A DNA stretch of 64,000 nt from a virus. Its lineage: Duplodnaviria > Caudoviricetes. This document shows, piece by piece, positions 35,081 through 45,219 of this stretch. Each line of letters begins with the position of its first letter. Position 1 is the stretch's first letter. Made by a program: the position numbers and the translations under genes. Location of the stretch: positions 1 to 64,000 of the IMG/VR virus record IMGVR_UViG_3300002026_000008. The stretch is one strand, 5' to 3'. The notes under the pieces were generated by a model. That model ran no database searches. It saw only the letters and a list, made by a program, of their open reading frames with translations, and was not told where the DNA came from.

Positions 35081-35788
35081 TTAGCCTAGAGGTGGTCGTA
35101 GATTACCTGACACATAACCTGGAGTAAATGTAACAGTCGGAGTTCTAACAGAATTGCTTACAAGATTGCTTATGGGGCCGGCATATGCAGTTTGATTATA
35201 AATTACACCAACAGGTTGACCTGCAATACCTTCATCAAATTCATATCTAGCTACACAACCATATACAATACCGTGTCTGTTGCCAAATGATTGGTAAATG
35301 GTTTGAATTTCATTCGGTGTTAATGTACGATTGTAATAGTCATAAGTGTCAACCTGAAATGTTCCTGTTTCTGAGCCGCCGCCGCCAGTAAAACCATTTA
35401 AAAATACTTGTGCAAATGATCCGGCTAATTGTGCAGAGGTTGAGGTATTATTAAGGACGCCATTGACATAAACACGGTGTGTTGTTGCATCATAGGTATA
35501 GCAAACATGGACCCATACTCCACTAGGCATAGTGATGCCAGTAGTTGATACAAGAATACCACCGCCCCATGTCCAAATATCACATTGACCGCTAGTTCTA
35601 CTGCCAATTTGAACAGCCGTTCCGCCAGATGCTTGATATAAACCTACATAACTACGAGTGCCTGCATTTCCATCCCATGCAGCATTAATCCAAACCGAAA
35701 TACTAGATGCTAATTGTGAATTTTGAAAAAATGTTGCATCAGTAGCATTTGCTACTGAATCACCATTTACGGTAAATTGAACTGCCAT
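35081..35788 (-). CDS. LamG/concanavalin A-like lectin-domain protein (start probably MAVQF near 35788)
   Basis: SISVWIN; WVHVCYTYD...RVYVNG. Confidence 0.75.
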   Translation of the reverse strand: MAVQFTVNGDSVANATDATFFQNSQLASSISVWINAAWDGNAGTRSYVGLYQASGGTAVQIGSRTSGQCDIWTWGGGILVSTTGITMPSGVWVHVCYTYDATTHRVYVNGVLNNTSTSAQLAGSFAQVFLNGFTGGGGSETGTFQVDTYDYYNRTLTPNEIQTIYQSFGNRHGIVYGCVARYEFDEGIAGQPVGVIYNQTAYAGPISNLVSNSVRTPTVTFTPGYVSGNLRPPLG

Positions 35789-35789
35789 A

Positions 35790-37193
35790 TTATGCAAATT
35801 CCAGAGTAAATTCAATAAGAAGCCAAGGATAAGCAAGATTTGTACCAGCAGCAACAGTTGTCTTGCGCGTAAATTCCATTTGATATAAACCACCTACGAC
35901 TAATCCTAATGAGGATAACGTAAACGTTTGTGAATTATATTGGTAATAATTGTTAGTTGGTATCACAACTGTCGTTAAATCTACACCAGCAGACCATGCG
36001 CCTACAGCGGCATTATTGTTAATCGATCTGATAAACACTCTATTCTGTACTGCTGCAGCAGATATGGGAGCAGTTTGTGCTCTTCCTTTTGTTCTAATTG
36101 TCATTGTTACTGCACCAGTTGGAATAGGAACAATAACCGAAACTCCTTGTTCTATCGTATTGCTGAATGATCTAACATTCAATGCAGTATTCAATGGGTC
36201 AGATATAGTTGGCGCTAATGCATTTACTGCAAAGTCTGCAGTATTTGGTGAATCTAAGCTATTAGCAAAATATGTGAGAGTTCTAACAACACCAGACGAT
36301 GCAAAAATTAAGTCCCAAGTAGAACCAGTGTCACGGTATAACACCTTAGAATCTGTTGCTAAAAATAATGCGCCAGGCGTAGATGCAGCCGGTCTGTTTG
36401 CAAATAAATCTTCACGTATTGACGGCGTACCGCCGCCGTCAACAACTTGAGCTTCATTACTAACATTAGATAAATTTACATCAGCTGACGTCAATGTCAC
36501 CGGACCAACTCTGCCATTTACAGAATATACGCTTGCAGTTGGGAGTACTGATAAACCGTTTGCAATAACAACTATTCTGATTTGTGTAGAATTGCCATAA
36601 ACTGTTACCCGAACAGTGTCAATATCAGTTAGTACTATACTGTCAGCTTCAACTACTGCACCCGTCACATTATTGTAAAGCAGAATAACAACATCTTTAG
36701 TACCTAAATTATGTGTATAATCTGAATAATACAGATTACCAGATGCGATAACCCAACCAGATAATAACCCGCTAGATGAGGTAGGTGTTGTTGCAGTGTT
36801 TACCCAGTCTGTACCATCATAAGATAAAATGTTATTTAACGTCGGTGAGGTGATCACTACATCAGAAATATCCTTAGCACTTAATGAAAGCGTTCTAAAT
36901 GAAGGAATAGCTGAACCTACTATTGGACCAGCAAACACCTTATTTGCCGTCTGTGCAGTAAAATTAGCACTATTTGCTAATACATATGCTTCTGATGCAA
37001 TAGTATCCCATGTTGAACCATTATAGATTTCAGATTTTACCAGTGTCGTATTAAAACGGGTAGCGCCTGCTGAAGGAGCAGCAGGTCGATCGGAAGTTGC
37101 TCCTTTAGGTATTACTAAAGACCCAAGTCCACCAATAGTAATGCTGCCAGTATTATCTGGTGTAATTACTTCAAACGAATAATCAAAATCCAC
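35790..37193 (-). CDS. Tail fibre-like structural protein
   Basis: GATRFNTTLVKSEIYNGSTW; VNGRVGPVTL; HNLGT; GTG start after GAGG. Confidence 0.65.
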   Translation of the reverse strand: MDFDYSFEVITPDNTGSITIGGLGSLVIPKGATSDRPAAPSAGATRFNTTLVKSEIYNGSTWDTIASEAYVLANSANFTAQTANKVFAGPIVGSAIPSFRTLSLSAKDISDVVITSPTLNNILSYDGTDWVNTATTPTSSSGLLSGWVIASGNLYYSDYTHNLGTKDVVILLYNNVTGAVVEADSIVLTDIDTVRVTVYGNSTQIRIVVIANGLSVLPTASVYSVNGRVGPVTLTSADVNLSNVSNEAQVVDGGGTPSIREDLFANRPAASTPGALFLATDSKVLYRDTGSTWDLIFASSGVVRTLTYFANSLDSPNTADFAVNALAPTISDPLNTALNVRSFSNTIEQGVSVIVPIPTGAVTMTIRTKGRAQTAPISAAAVQNRVFIRSINNNAAVGAWSAGVDLTTVVIPTNNYYQYNSQTFTLSSLGLVVGGLYQMEFTRKTTVAAGTNLAYPWLLIEFTLEFA

Positions 37194-37221
37194 AGTTTGC
37201 CTCTATCTTATAGAAATTAGG

Positions 37222-37253
37222 TTGTGCAGCAAGGGTTTAGACTAGCTGCACAA
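37222..37253. terminator. Intergenic hairpin
   Basis: TTGTGCAGC...GCTGCACAA. Confidence 0.55.
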
Positions 37254-37262
37254 TGTTACTTT

Positions 37263-39989
37263 TTAGTTAGTTACTTCCGTTGTCTGAACCGTGGCTACCC
37301 AACGAACAGTTTTGGCGTTTTCACCAATAACTGAGATAGACAATGAACCATTAGTCGTATCAGCAGCTACACTAACATTCCATACTGCATTTGTTTCACC
37401 AAGAATAACACGCGATGGCGTACCAACAAAAGTAGTTGATGCAGCTGTAGCGTCTTTGCGAATAACACCCTCTAAGCGATAACCTGCACCACCGCCAGTA
37501 GCATCAGTTCTACGTCCAGCAACAGTAATAGAGAAAGTTACTACAGAGTTATTAGGAACAACTAAACGCTGTGTAGCTGCTGAACCATCAAGGAAAAGTT
37601 CAGTAGCTGTTGTGTTATTTGTGATATTACGAAGTACATAAACACCATGCTGAGCATCACCAGCAGCTGTAAAAGATCCGGAGGCAAAGGCTTTTGAGCC
37701 ATAAAGAACTGCAGCTGCACCAGAACCGACTGCCATAGCTCCACTACCCGCAGCAGCCGCACCAGAACCGATAGCAACAGCATTTGTGCCTGCTGCTGTA
37801 GGTGCAGTTGGAGTAACTGAATTTTCAACATACAGTTTAATAGGCAAATCTGCATATGCTAAAGCTCTAAATGTTGGAGCACCAGTTGAACCATTAGGAC
37901 CAGCAAAGATAGTGTTCGTTGCTTGATTTGTTAATGATGCCGTTAGTGTTCCAGTTGTTGTAACAGGTGAACCAGAAATCGTAAAGATCGATGGCATGGA
38001 CAATGCAACTGAAGTAACACCAGTATTTGCGATTGTTAGTGTTCCTGCAGCACCATTAACACTAATACCTGTACCACCAGTGATCGTTTTGTATTCAAGA
38101 CCCGAAGCACCAGTATTAACAGCAAGCACCTGATTAGCAGTACCGATAGAGGTAAGACCTGTACCACCGTTTGCAGTAACAATGGTACCAGCAAGAGTCA
38201 AAGTACCTGAACCGGTGATTGGGCCACCAGATACCGTAAGACCAGTAGTACCACCAGAAAGAGCAACAGAGGTAACAGTACCATCATTGATCCAAACTAT
38301 ACCATTACTCTTTTCAAACGTGCTTGTCGTTTGATTATAACGCATCATTGCTGCAGTAGCAGCAGGACGTTGAGCAGTTGTACCTGATGGAAGAACAACA
38401 CCCGAAGTACCAGGTAGAACTGGGTTAGCAGCTATTGCTATAGTAGGAGCACCAGTACCGTTACCATTCGTGACAGTGATCTGATTAGTAGTGCCAGTAA
38501 TCGTTACTGGCACATAAGTACCTGCACCAGTTCTAGCAACTAGACCGAGAGCAGCAAGACCTGATAGACCTTGAAGTTCAGTGCCAAGAGTTAGTGAAAT
38601 TGTTCCAGTGGTGGTAATTGGCGAACCTGAAACGGCAAGACCAGTAGAACCGGTAACTGCAACGGATGTAACACCAGTGTTATTGACCGTGATGGTACCA
38701 GCAGTATTAACAACACTAACACCAGTACCACTAACAACAGACTTGTATTCAAGGCCAGAAGCACCTGCATTCACACCAAGAATCTGATTAGCAGTACCAA
38801 TGGAAGCAAGGCCGGTACCACCGAGATTTTGTGCAACCGGCGTAATTAATGAGAATGTAGTACCAGTGAGGTTAAGACCTGTACCAGCCGAGTACGTACC
38901 TGGACCACCAAACTGCGTCCATGTGATATTAGATGTACCCAAGGTAATAGGATCAACAGTCGTAACAGTCCAGAATGTTTTAGCGTTCAGGGTACCAGCT
39001 TCAACATAGGTCGTAGAACCTGACCATGATGTAATTGCTGTACCGGTCATATCATTAGCACGGGCTAATGTAGTACCATTGTAAACATAAATGCCATTCT
39101 GTGATGCAATAGATTGATTTTTAAGTAAGATTCGATCACCAGAAACAAGCACACGACCATCAATAGATGCAGGTGGAGTTGCGATATTGATGTTACCATC
39201 TGCAGCAGTTGTTGCAGCATCAACTGATTGCTTGATATCAAGACCTTGAGCAGTCATATCAACATATTGCTTTGTAGCCACATCGGAAGCATTAGTCGGA
39301 GTAGCTACGCCAGTAACGGTACCAGCAGTGAATGTCAAGTTACCTGACATGGTATCGCCTGCGCGATTCACTGGAGTATATCCAAGTGATGCGGTAATAT
39401 CTGCAGCGATAACAGCTGAAGTTGCAGTTACGCGGCCTTTAGAATCAGTTGTGAATTTCTGGAACAGATTAGTTACAGGAGTACCAACTGAAATAAGGTC
39501 GAGCGTTGGTGCACCAGATACGCCAGAACCATTGACAATTGAGATATCACCTGCCGTACCAGCAATTGCCGTTGTTGCATAGGTACCAGCACCAGTACGA
39601 ACCATTAAACCAGTAGTTGACAAGCCTGAAAGACCCTGCAATTCTGTGCTTAGCGTCAAGGTGATAGTACCAGATGACGTGATAGGTGAACCAGATGAAG
39701 ATATACCTGTTCCGCCTGCAACACTTACTGATGATACTGTGCCAGAAACCGTTGAAAGTGCAGACCAAGTAGCACCATTATAAAATTCCAATGAACTCGT
39801 GGATGAGTTACCACGTAGCATTGCAAATGATGGTGTCGATGGCTGCTGTGCTGATGAACCAGCTGGTAAACCTAATGCACCCGTACCGATAAGCATTAAG
39901 CTACCGGTCGTTCCACCTAGCGGCGGCGCAATAGTTGTGTCAAGTGTTAAAATCGAATCTACTTGACCGGTATCATGATTAAAATTCAT
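37263..39989 (-). CDS. Long T/G/S-rich tail fibre-like structural protein
   Basis: Repeated VTSV.GGTG / SPITTSGT units; DVATKQYVD; RILLKNQ. Confidence 0.75.
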   Translation of the reverse strand: MNFNHDTGQVDSILTLDTTIAPPLGGTTGSLMLIGTGALGLPAGSSAQQPSTPSFAMLRGNSSTSSLEFYNGATWSALSTVSGTVSSVSVAGGTGISSSGSPITSSGTITLTLSTELQGLSGLSTTGLMVRTGAGTYATTAIAGTAGDISIVNGSGVSGAPTLDLISVGTPVTNLFQKFTTDSKGRVTATSAVIAADITASLGYTPVNRAGDTMSGNLTFTAGTVTGVATPTNASDVATKQYVDMTAQGLDIKQSVDAATTAADGNINIATPPASIDGRVLVSGDRILLKNQSIASQNGIYVYNGTTLARANDMTGTAITSWSGSTTYVEAGTLNAKTFWTVTTVDPITLGTSNITWTQFGGPGTYSAGTGLNLTGTTFSLITPVAQNLGGTGLASIGTANQILGVNAGASGLEYKSVVSGTGVSVVNTAGTITVNNTGVTSVAVTGSTGLAVSGSPITTTGTISLTLGTELQGLSGLAALGLVARTGAGTYVPVTITGTTNQITVTNGNGTGAPTIAIAANPVLPGTSGVVLPSGTTAQRPAATAAMMRYNQTTSTFEKSNGIVWINDGTVTSVALSGGTTGLTVSGGPITGSGTLTLAGTIVTANGGTGLTSIGTANQVLAVNTGASGLEYKTITGGTGISVNGAAGTLTIANTGVTSVALSMPSIFTISGSPVTTTGTLTASLTNQATNTIFAGPNGSTGAPTFRALAYADLPIKLYVENSVTPTAPTAAGTNAVAIGSGAAAAGSGAMAVGSGAAAVLYGSKAFASGSFTAAGDAQHGVYVLRNITNNTTATELFLDGSAATQRLVVPNNSVVTFSITVAGRRTDATGGGAGYRLEGVIRKDATAASTTFVGTPSRVILGETNAVWNVSVAADTTNGSLSISVIGENAKTVRWVATVQTTEVTN

Positions 39990-40005
39990 ATTTGTTTCTC
40001 CTAGT

Positions 40006-41091
40006 TTAATTCGTTACTTCTAATGTTTCAACCAATGCCACCCAACGAATTGTTTTCGATAGTTCACCAGTTGCTGTTATTTTCAGTGATCCATTACCTG
40101 CATCTGATACTATATTTATATCCCAGCTTGTATTTGATCTAGCTAAAATAGTTTTTGATACTTGTCCCAGTAACATCGTTGTTGCTGCTCCAGATGCACG
40201 GTAAATTACTCCCGATGCCTCAAATCCAGCATGACCATCATCGGAATCCGTTTGATGTGCTGTTACTAAAATTCTAAATGACCAAGTTGAATTATCCTGA
40301 AGTGTTAATCTAGTAGAACCATTTGTTCCATCTAAAAATAATTCAACTGGAGCATTGTTCACTGAATGTGAACGTAACAGATAACGGCCAGCTTGTGCAT
40401 CACCGGTTGATGCGAATCGTCCATTTGCTTGAACAACTCCACCATTTATTCTAGCAAGAGATTGTTTACCTATTGCTAAAGAATCAGTAGCTACAGCATT
40501 AGCACCTTCACCTAATGCTATCGAATTTTCTCCAAGAGCGCTAGCAGGTGTAAAACCTACTCCGACATTTTCTTGATACAGTTTTAATGGTAAATCATTA
40601 TACGTTAATGTAACACCATAACCACTTATAGTCGACGGTGTATTTACTATTGTTGACCATTGCTGTGTAGTACTACCAGCAACAACACGACCTTTGGAAT
40701 CTGTAGTAACCCCTACGAATGATCCAGATGTTCCTATGTCAGATAAATCAAGAAGTAATGTTTCATTACCATTCGGTGTTACTAAAGTTTTAGTTAAATT
40801 ATTTGTTACTGTAAGCTTATCAAATAAGAATCCACCTGTGGTATCTGAACCGTTAATTATCGTTTGACCAGCTAAAATAGTTGGTGAAATTACGCGATTC
40901 CAGTCTAGATCATTTACGCCAACCTTTAAGAAGACACCGTCATTACTACTAAACCATAGTGAACCATTTGGTGCAGATGTTCCAGCACCTGACGATGGAC
41001 TAGATAAAGCAGATGCTATTGCTATACCTGTTTCCTCAAAGACTAAACCATTCTGTATTGCAAAGGCGTCTAATAAATCTACGTAGGCCAT
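40006..41091 (-). CDS. Tail fibre-like structural protein, C-terminus paralogous to 37263-39989
   Basis: LKLYQEN...GDAQAGRY...ELFLDG...IRWVALVETLEVTN. Confidence 0.7.
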   Translation of the reverse strand: MAYVDLLDAFAIQNGLVFEETGIAIASALSSPSSGAGTSAPNGSLWFSSNDGVFLKVGVNDLDWNRVISPTILAGQTIINGSDTTGGFLFDKLTVTNNLTKTLVTPNGNETLLLDLSDIGTSGSFVGVTTDSKGRVVAGSTTQQWSTIVNTPSTISGYGVTLTYNDLPLKLYQENVGVGFTPASALGENSIALGEGANAVATDSLAIGKQSLARINGGVVQANGRFASTGDAQAGRYLLRSHSVNNAPVELFLDGTNGSTRLTLQDNSTWSFRILVTAHQTDSDDGHAGFEASGVIYRASGAATTMLLGQVSKTILARSNTSWDINIVSDAGNGSLKITATGELSKTIRWVALVETLEVTN

Positions 41092-41117
41092 GTAATATGC
41101 TTTCCATTTAAAATAGG

Positions 41118-41151
41118 TAATTGCTAGAGCAATTTAATACTCTAGCAATTA
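41118..41151. terminator. Intergenic 12-bp hairpin
   Basis: TAATTGCTAGAG-10nt-CTCTAGCAATTA. Confidence 0.6.
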
Positions 41152-41154
41152 GAA

Positions 41155-42471
41155 TTACACGATGGACGAAAGTCTCTTCGACACAACGTTTACGTTGATA
41201 CCAGCACCAACAGTAAGAACAAGAGCTGAACCAACTAGCGTAACATCAACTACAACAGCTGGAATAGCTGCACCAAGCTTCAATACTGAGAATTTTGTAA
41301 AGTCAGCAATAGCACCATTCTGTGCAGCAAATACTTTGCATGCATACACGTTCAATGGATTAGATGCATCTGTTACAACAACATCCCATTCAGCAACCAT
41401 TGCACCAGTAATTTTGTCAACAGCTTGAATAGTAGAAACACCAGAAGCTACAACCTTAAGATCAGTTTGAGCTAAAGCAGCATCTAATGCAGACACTGCA
41501 GCTGTTACTGATTGACCCTGTGACAAATATGTGATAGAGGTATAGTTAGGAGTACCGGTGCCAACAATTTTACCAAGGAAGGTGTCTACTGAAGCTACTT
41601 CATTATCAAGAGCTTTGATATTAGCATTTACGCCAGCGGTCGATAAAACAACCGTGCCGCTAATAAGATTAGAACCTAATTCGGTATCCAATTTACCAAT
41701 TGCAACCTGCAACGAATCATTGTTTGCTACAAAGTTGTTAGAGGTATAAGCTGGCAAATGATTGCCGGCCGTTTTACCAATAAACGCATTTTCATAACCG
41801 GTTTCGGTATCTAGTTGCGCAATAGCGGCTTCCAATGATGTACCATTGGTGACAACATTTGTCGATGAATACGTCGGAGTAATTGAACCAATACCTGATT
41901 TACCAATGAAGGTGCGAATATAAGCATCTTCTTGTGTAGTTGCAGCATCAGTAATGACCCATAGAGAACCATTGAATGTAAGTGTCTTACCGGCATCAGA
42001 GCCGCTAGTAACATACGTTGTATCGCCGGCAGTTACACCCGATGGATCAACAAGTGAAAAAGTACCAGTTACCCGATCATACGAGTAAATATCAGGGGTT
42101 GATAACAACTCATTAAACAATACATGTTGACCATTGGTGACGGTAACTCCATCAATAACGATTGGTGTATTAGCCGTGCCTAATGGCAATGTAGTATCTG
42201 AAGCTGCTACGACAACAGCAGGTTTCCATGTTGTACCAACAACTGCTAAACTTTGCACATATGACTGCGTAGCCATTTGTGACCAACGAACAGTACCAAC
42301 ACCAGATGAAATTTTCATCCATAGCGAACCGTCATTTTGATTGGTGTAGTAAGAACCACGTGGAGCAGCATCAGTATTAGTTGATGAGCCTGGTGGTACG
42401 GTGCCTGTTAGAAACTGCGATGCATCATCGAGCTCTAGGCCTCTATAGACGCGAAAAAAGTCTTCACTCAT
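41155..42471 (-). CDS. Virion structural protein
   Basis: AAGGAG RBS; WKPAVVVA; AIGKLD repeats; shares N-terminal APxGS motif with 40006. Confidence 0.7.
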   Translation of the reverse strand: MSEDFFRVYRGLELDDASQFLTGTVPPGSSTNTDAAPRGSYYTNQNDGSLWMKISSGVGTVRWSQMATQSYVQSLAVVGTTWKPAVVVAASDTTLPLGTANTPIVIDGVTVTNGQHVLFNELLSTPDIYSYDRVTGTFSLVDPSGVTAGDTTYVTSGSDAGKTLTFNGSLWVITDAATTQEDAYIRTFIGKSGIGSITPTYSSTNVVTNGTSLEAAIAQLDTETGYENAFIGKTAGNHLPAYTSNNFVANNDSLQVAIGKLDTELGSNLISGTVVLSTAGVNANIKALDNEVASVDTFLGKIVGTGTPNYTSITYLSQGQSVTAAVSALDAALAQTDLKVVASGVSTIQAVDKITGAMVAEWDVVVTDASNPLNVYACKVFAAQNGAIADFTKFSVLKLGAAIPAVVVDVTLVGSALVLTVGAGINVNVVSKRLSSIV

Positions 42472-42497
42472 TTTAAATCTCCTTTAATTTCAATTAT

Positions 42498-43260
42498 TTA
42501 TGTACGACCTAGTTTCCAGCCGTCGTTAAGTTTAATCTGTACTTCATCTTTATACACTAGTGTGCTTGATCCATTTAACGTCATCCAACATCTACCACCA
42601 CGTTTATTAGCAGTTGCAGACATCTTAGCTCTAGCCTCGTCATTATGTTTGACGCCTCTTTTGGCGTCAAACATAATGACGAGTTTCAGCTGATCTGTTT
42701 CTTGCCACTACTGATAATTTTGCTTTTGTTTCTGTTGAATGGTGTTTACCAGTCCAATCTCTATTATTATTACCTATCAATGCTTTAGCAATAGCGGATT
42801 TATGCTCATCTGACTTAACTTTTCCTCTATGGCTATTAGACATTGCTAATTTTGTTTCTTCACTATGCGATTTACCAAGCATTGAGTGCATATTTTCAGT
42901 ATTGCTTTTAGGTTTTCTCATTGCAAGGCAATGATCATCAGATTTAAGAACACCTTTCATTACTACTTTCATATGTTCTGAATGCGCCATTGAAAACCGG
43001 CGTTTCATCCAACCATATTGTTTATTTCCTCGTGTTAACATCATCATATTAGCAGCATAAATCAAGCTTCTATTGGAATATATTTTCACCAATAACAAAT
43101 GAGCAACATAATGTTCTTCAGGCGTCAGCTTTACTAAATTTTCTGTTTCATCTGAACCATTCATACATCTAGGAATGATATGATGAACCTCACCATACTC
43201 GTCAAAACTTCTACCTCTTGCACGAGTTATCAAATTATCATAATGAAGTAAATAATTCAT
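42498..43260 (-). pseudogene. HNH homing endonuclease with NUMOD3 repeats; truncated at 42667, orphaned C-terminus continues to 42498 in another frame
   Basis: HHIIPRCMNGSD...LTPEEHYVAH; downstream frame GVKHNDEARAKMS...DGWKLGRT*. Confidence 0.8.
42636..42683. repeat. Perfect 21-bp inverted repeat with 6-nt loop at the frameshift
   Basis: CTCGTCATTATGTTTGACGCC-TCTTTT-GGCGTCAAACATAATGACGAG. Confidence 0.95.
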
Positions 43261-43913
43261 TAAAAGTTATGCATTCTAATAATCTCAATAAGCAGATCAT
43301 TAGGGGTGTTATTTGTTACATTTAACTTTAAATCATTACCCATTTGAGTAACAGATATTGATACGCTAAACTGATCACCAACCTGTGCATATCGTGTGAA
43401 TGCTGGTGGTTTTGTTGCTCCTCTTGATACAGCTAAAATTTCCATCATTGCTACTTTATCATTGATATTATCGATAATGGAAACTAACCATTTACAAGTT
43501 CTATTGATAGCCGTGGTGGTAAATATATCAACATTGCCAGTTGTCAACGTGCTAATAATCTGTGGTCCTGCTGCCGGCGCTGTAACATTCTGTGAAGTTA
43601 AAAACTTCGCAAGTGTGCCAGCTGTTATACGATGATCGACTACAGTATCAAGACCCCATGGTTGTGGTACTGTTGATTCCCAACCTCTACCATTTGGGGC
43701 TACATGCAAAACATCGTTTACACGGCCAGAAATTTTTATTATTTCATTTGTTGTGGCTGGGCTATTTTCTAAGGTTATTAGAAAGAAATCATCAGTTGAT
43801 ACCGGTTGAGGATATAGATTGCCAGTGCCTGGCATAACAGTAATTGTTAAATCATTTACTGATAACGGGGCTTCTAATAGCGAAATTGCATTATTGGTAA
43901 ATAGCTGTGGCAT
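43260..43913 (-). CDS. Virion structural protein
   Basis: LFTNNA...ITLE..TTNEIIKI...RGWEST; heads fibre cluster. Confidence 0.65.
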   Translation of the reverse strand: MPQLFTNNAISLLEAPLSVNDLTITVMPGTGNLYPQPVSTDDFFLITLENSPATTNEIIKISGRVNDVLHVAPNGRGWESTVPQPWGLDTVVDHRITAGTLAKFLTSQNVTAPAAGPQIISTLTTGNVDIFTTTAINRTCKWLVSIIDNINDKVAMMEILAVSRGATKPPAFTRYAQVGDQFSVSISVTQMGNDLKLNVTNNTPNDLLIEIIRMHNF

Positions 43914-44131
43914 TATTCCTCCACAGTGCCATGATAACGGCTAACTAAATCCTTTAGTCGTTTTAAGGTGTTTGGACATTCTTTATTTGCAGAGATCGAA
44001 AACATATCAGCCTCTTTTAACGGAATATGGATGGTATGTTTTGATATTCCCATTTCAACAATAAATTCTTGAAATAGAACTCGGTCTTTTATCTTATCAA
44101 GACCTGTTAAGAAATCGAATTTTTGTTTCAC
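43913..44131 (-). CDS. hypothetical protein
   Basis: GTG start, coupled. Confidence 0.6.
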   Translation of the reverse strand: MKQKFDFLTGLDKIKDRVLFQEFIVEMGISKHTIHIPLKEADMFSISANKECPNTLKRLKDLVSRYHGTVEE

Positions 44132-44139
44132 AGTAAGGC

Positions 44140-44649
44140 CTATCTATTAATATGACCACGATAATCTTCGTAATATTTAAGAAACTTCGAGCGACTAAAA
44201 TGATTACCACCAACAGCATTTTTGATGTCGATAATATCTTCTAATCTATAACTCTTTTCATTCTCACATAATACCTGAAGACCTCTACTAATTTCTTCCT
44301 TAGCATGAAGTTTCAGCCTTTCGACTCTGGTACTAATTTCATCATCTTCTAATTCACGATCAGCATCTAGAATAGTTATAGTGTCTTTGGGTTGTGGTAG
44401 ATGAAATTTGCGTTTAATAACACCTAATGCACGTAACACCTTTTGAGTTTCAACAAATTGCACCTTAACACCATTCACTTTTTCGATATCAAAAAAGTAA
44501 ACTACATGCGGAGTATCTGTTGACTCAGCATTTTTAGGTTTTGCATAAACCGCTGGGCCACGTGTTTTGTAATTCGTGTATGATAACACGACTAATTCAC
44601 CATCATCTTTTGTTATGATGATATCATTTACAAGTGGCACAATCAACAT
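44140..44649 (-). CDS. hypothetical protein
   Basis: 169 aa, coupled. Confidence 0.7.
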   Translation of the reverse strand: MLIVPLVNDIIITKDDGELVVLSYTNYKTRGPAVYAKPKNAESTDTPHVVYFFDIEKVNGVKVQFVETQKVLRALGVIKRKFHLPQPKDTITILDADRELEDDEISTRVERLKLHAKEEISRGLQVLCENEKSYRLEDIIDIKNAVGGNHFSRSKFLKYYEDYRGHINR

Positions 44650-44861
44650 TACTCAACCTCTTCTAAGTCAGTATCATCACCATAATCCATATCATCGTCA
44701 ATAGCCTGCTCTGCGAGTTCTCGTAAATACTGTTTAAAACCTACGCGGGCTTTGCGTGTTGCTAAAGGATCATGGCTTTCATTAAATCCTCGTGCATGGC
44801 GCTTCTTTTTATCAATATGCTTTGGCTTACGTGGTACGGCGATCTCGTTAAAATCATCCAT
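44649..44861 (-). CDS. hypothetical protein with basic N-half and acidic C-half
   Basis: AGGAG RBS. Confidence 0.65.
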   Translation of the reverse strand: MDDFNEIAVPRKPKHIDKKKRHARGFNESHDPLATRKARVGFKQYLRELAEQAIDDDMDYGDDTDLEEVE

Positions 44862-44878
44862 TGTGCTAAACTCTCCTG

Positions 44879-45154
44879 TTACTTATTAAAAACGTGTGTT
44901 ATATAGGTTTTGAAACTCATCTTACCTATATTTATTTTGCTGCACTCTACTAAACTGAGAATGTTTTCTTCAATTACTTTATCCTGACCCACCATTTTCT
45001 TTACTGTGGCTGTTACGTATGCCCAATAACGCGGATCCGTATCGCTTTTAAATTTTACTAAAGCTGCAGCTTTTGCTGTGTCCCAAAGCTTTTCAATTTC
45101 AGAAACTGAACGATTGGAATGTTTTGCAATGTTGCGGATAAAGGATGTTGGCAT
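44879..45154 (-). CDS. Small late (probably virion) protein (start ATG 45154)
   Basis: EIEKLWDTAK...YWAYVTATVKKM; TATAAATA at 45188-45195. Confidence 0.65.
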   Translation of the reverse strand: MPTSFIRNIAKHSNRSVSEIEKLWDTAKAAALVKFKSDTDPRYWAYVTATVKKMVGQDKVIEENILSLVECSKINIGKMSFKTYITHVFNK

Positions 45155-45219
45155 AGTCACACATAACAAATGTTAGCTTACTCATATTATTTATATGAGT
45201 TTGCGTTGTATGTGACTAT
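45153..45219 (-). promoter_or_regulatory. Late promoter in the loop of a hairpin that masks the start codon
   Basis: Inner ACTCATAT/ATATGAGT, outer ATAGTCAC/GTGACTAT. Confidence 0.65.

Noticed and set aside
33925-42340. Many + strand ORFs (e.g. 33925-34302, 35950-36450, 41162-41428)
   Set aside because: They are antisense shadows of Thr/Gly/Val-rich structural genes, with no RBS or motifs.
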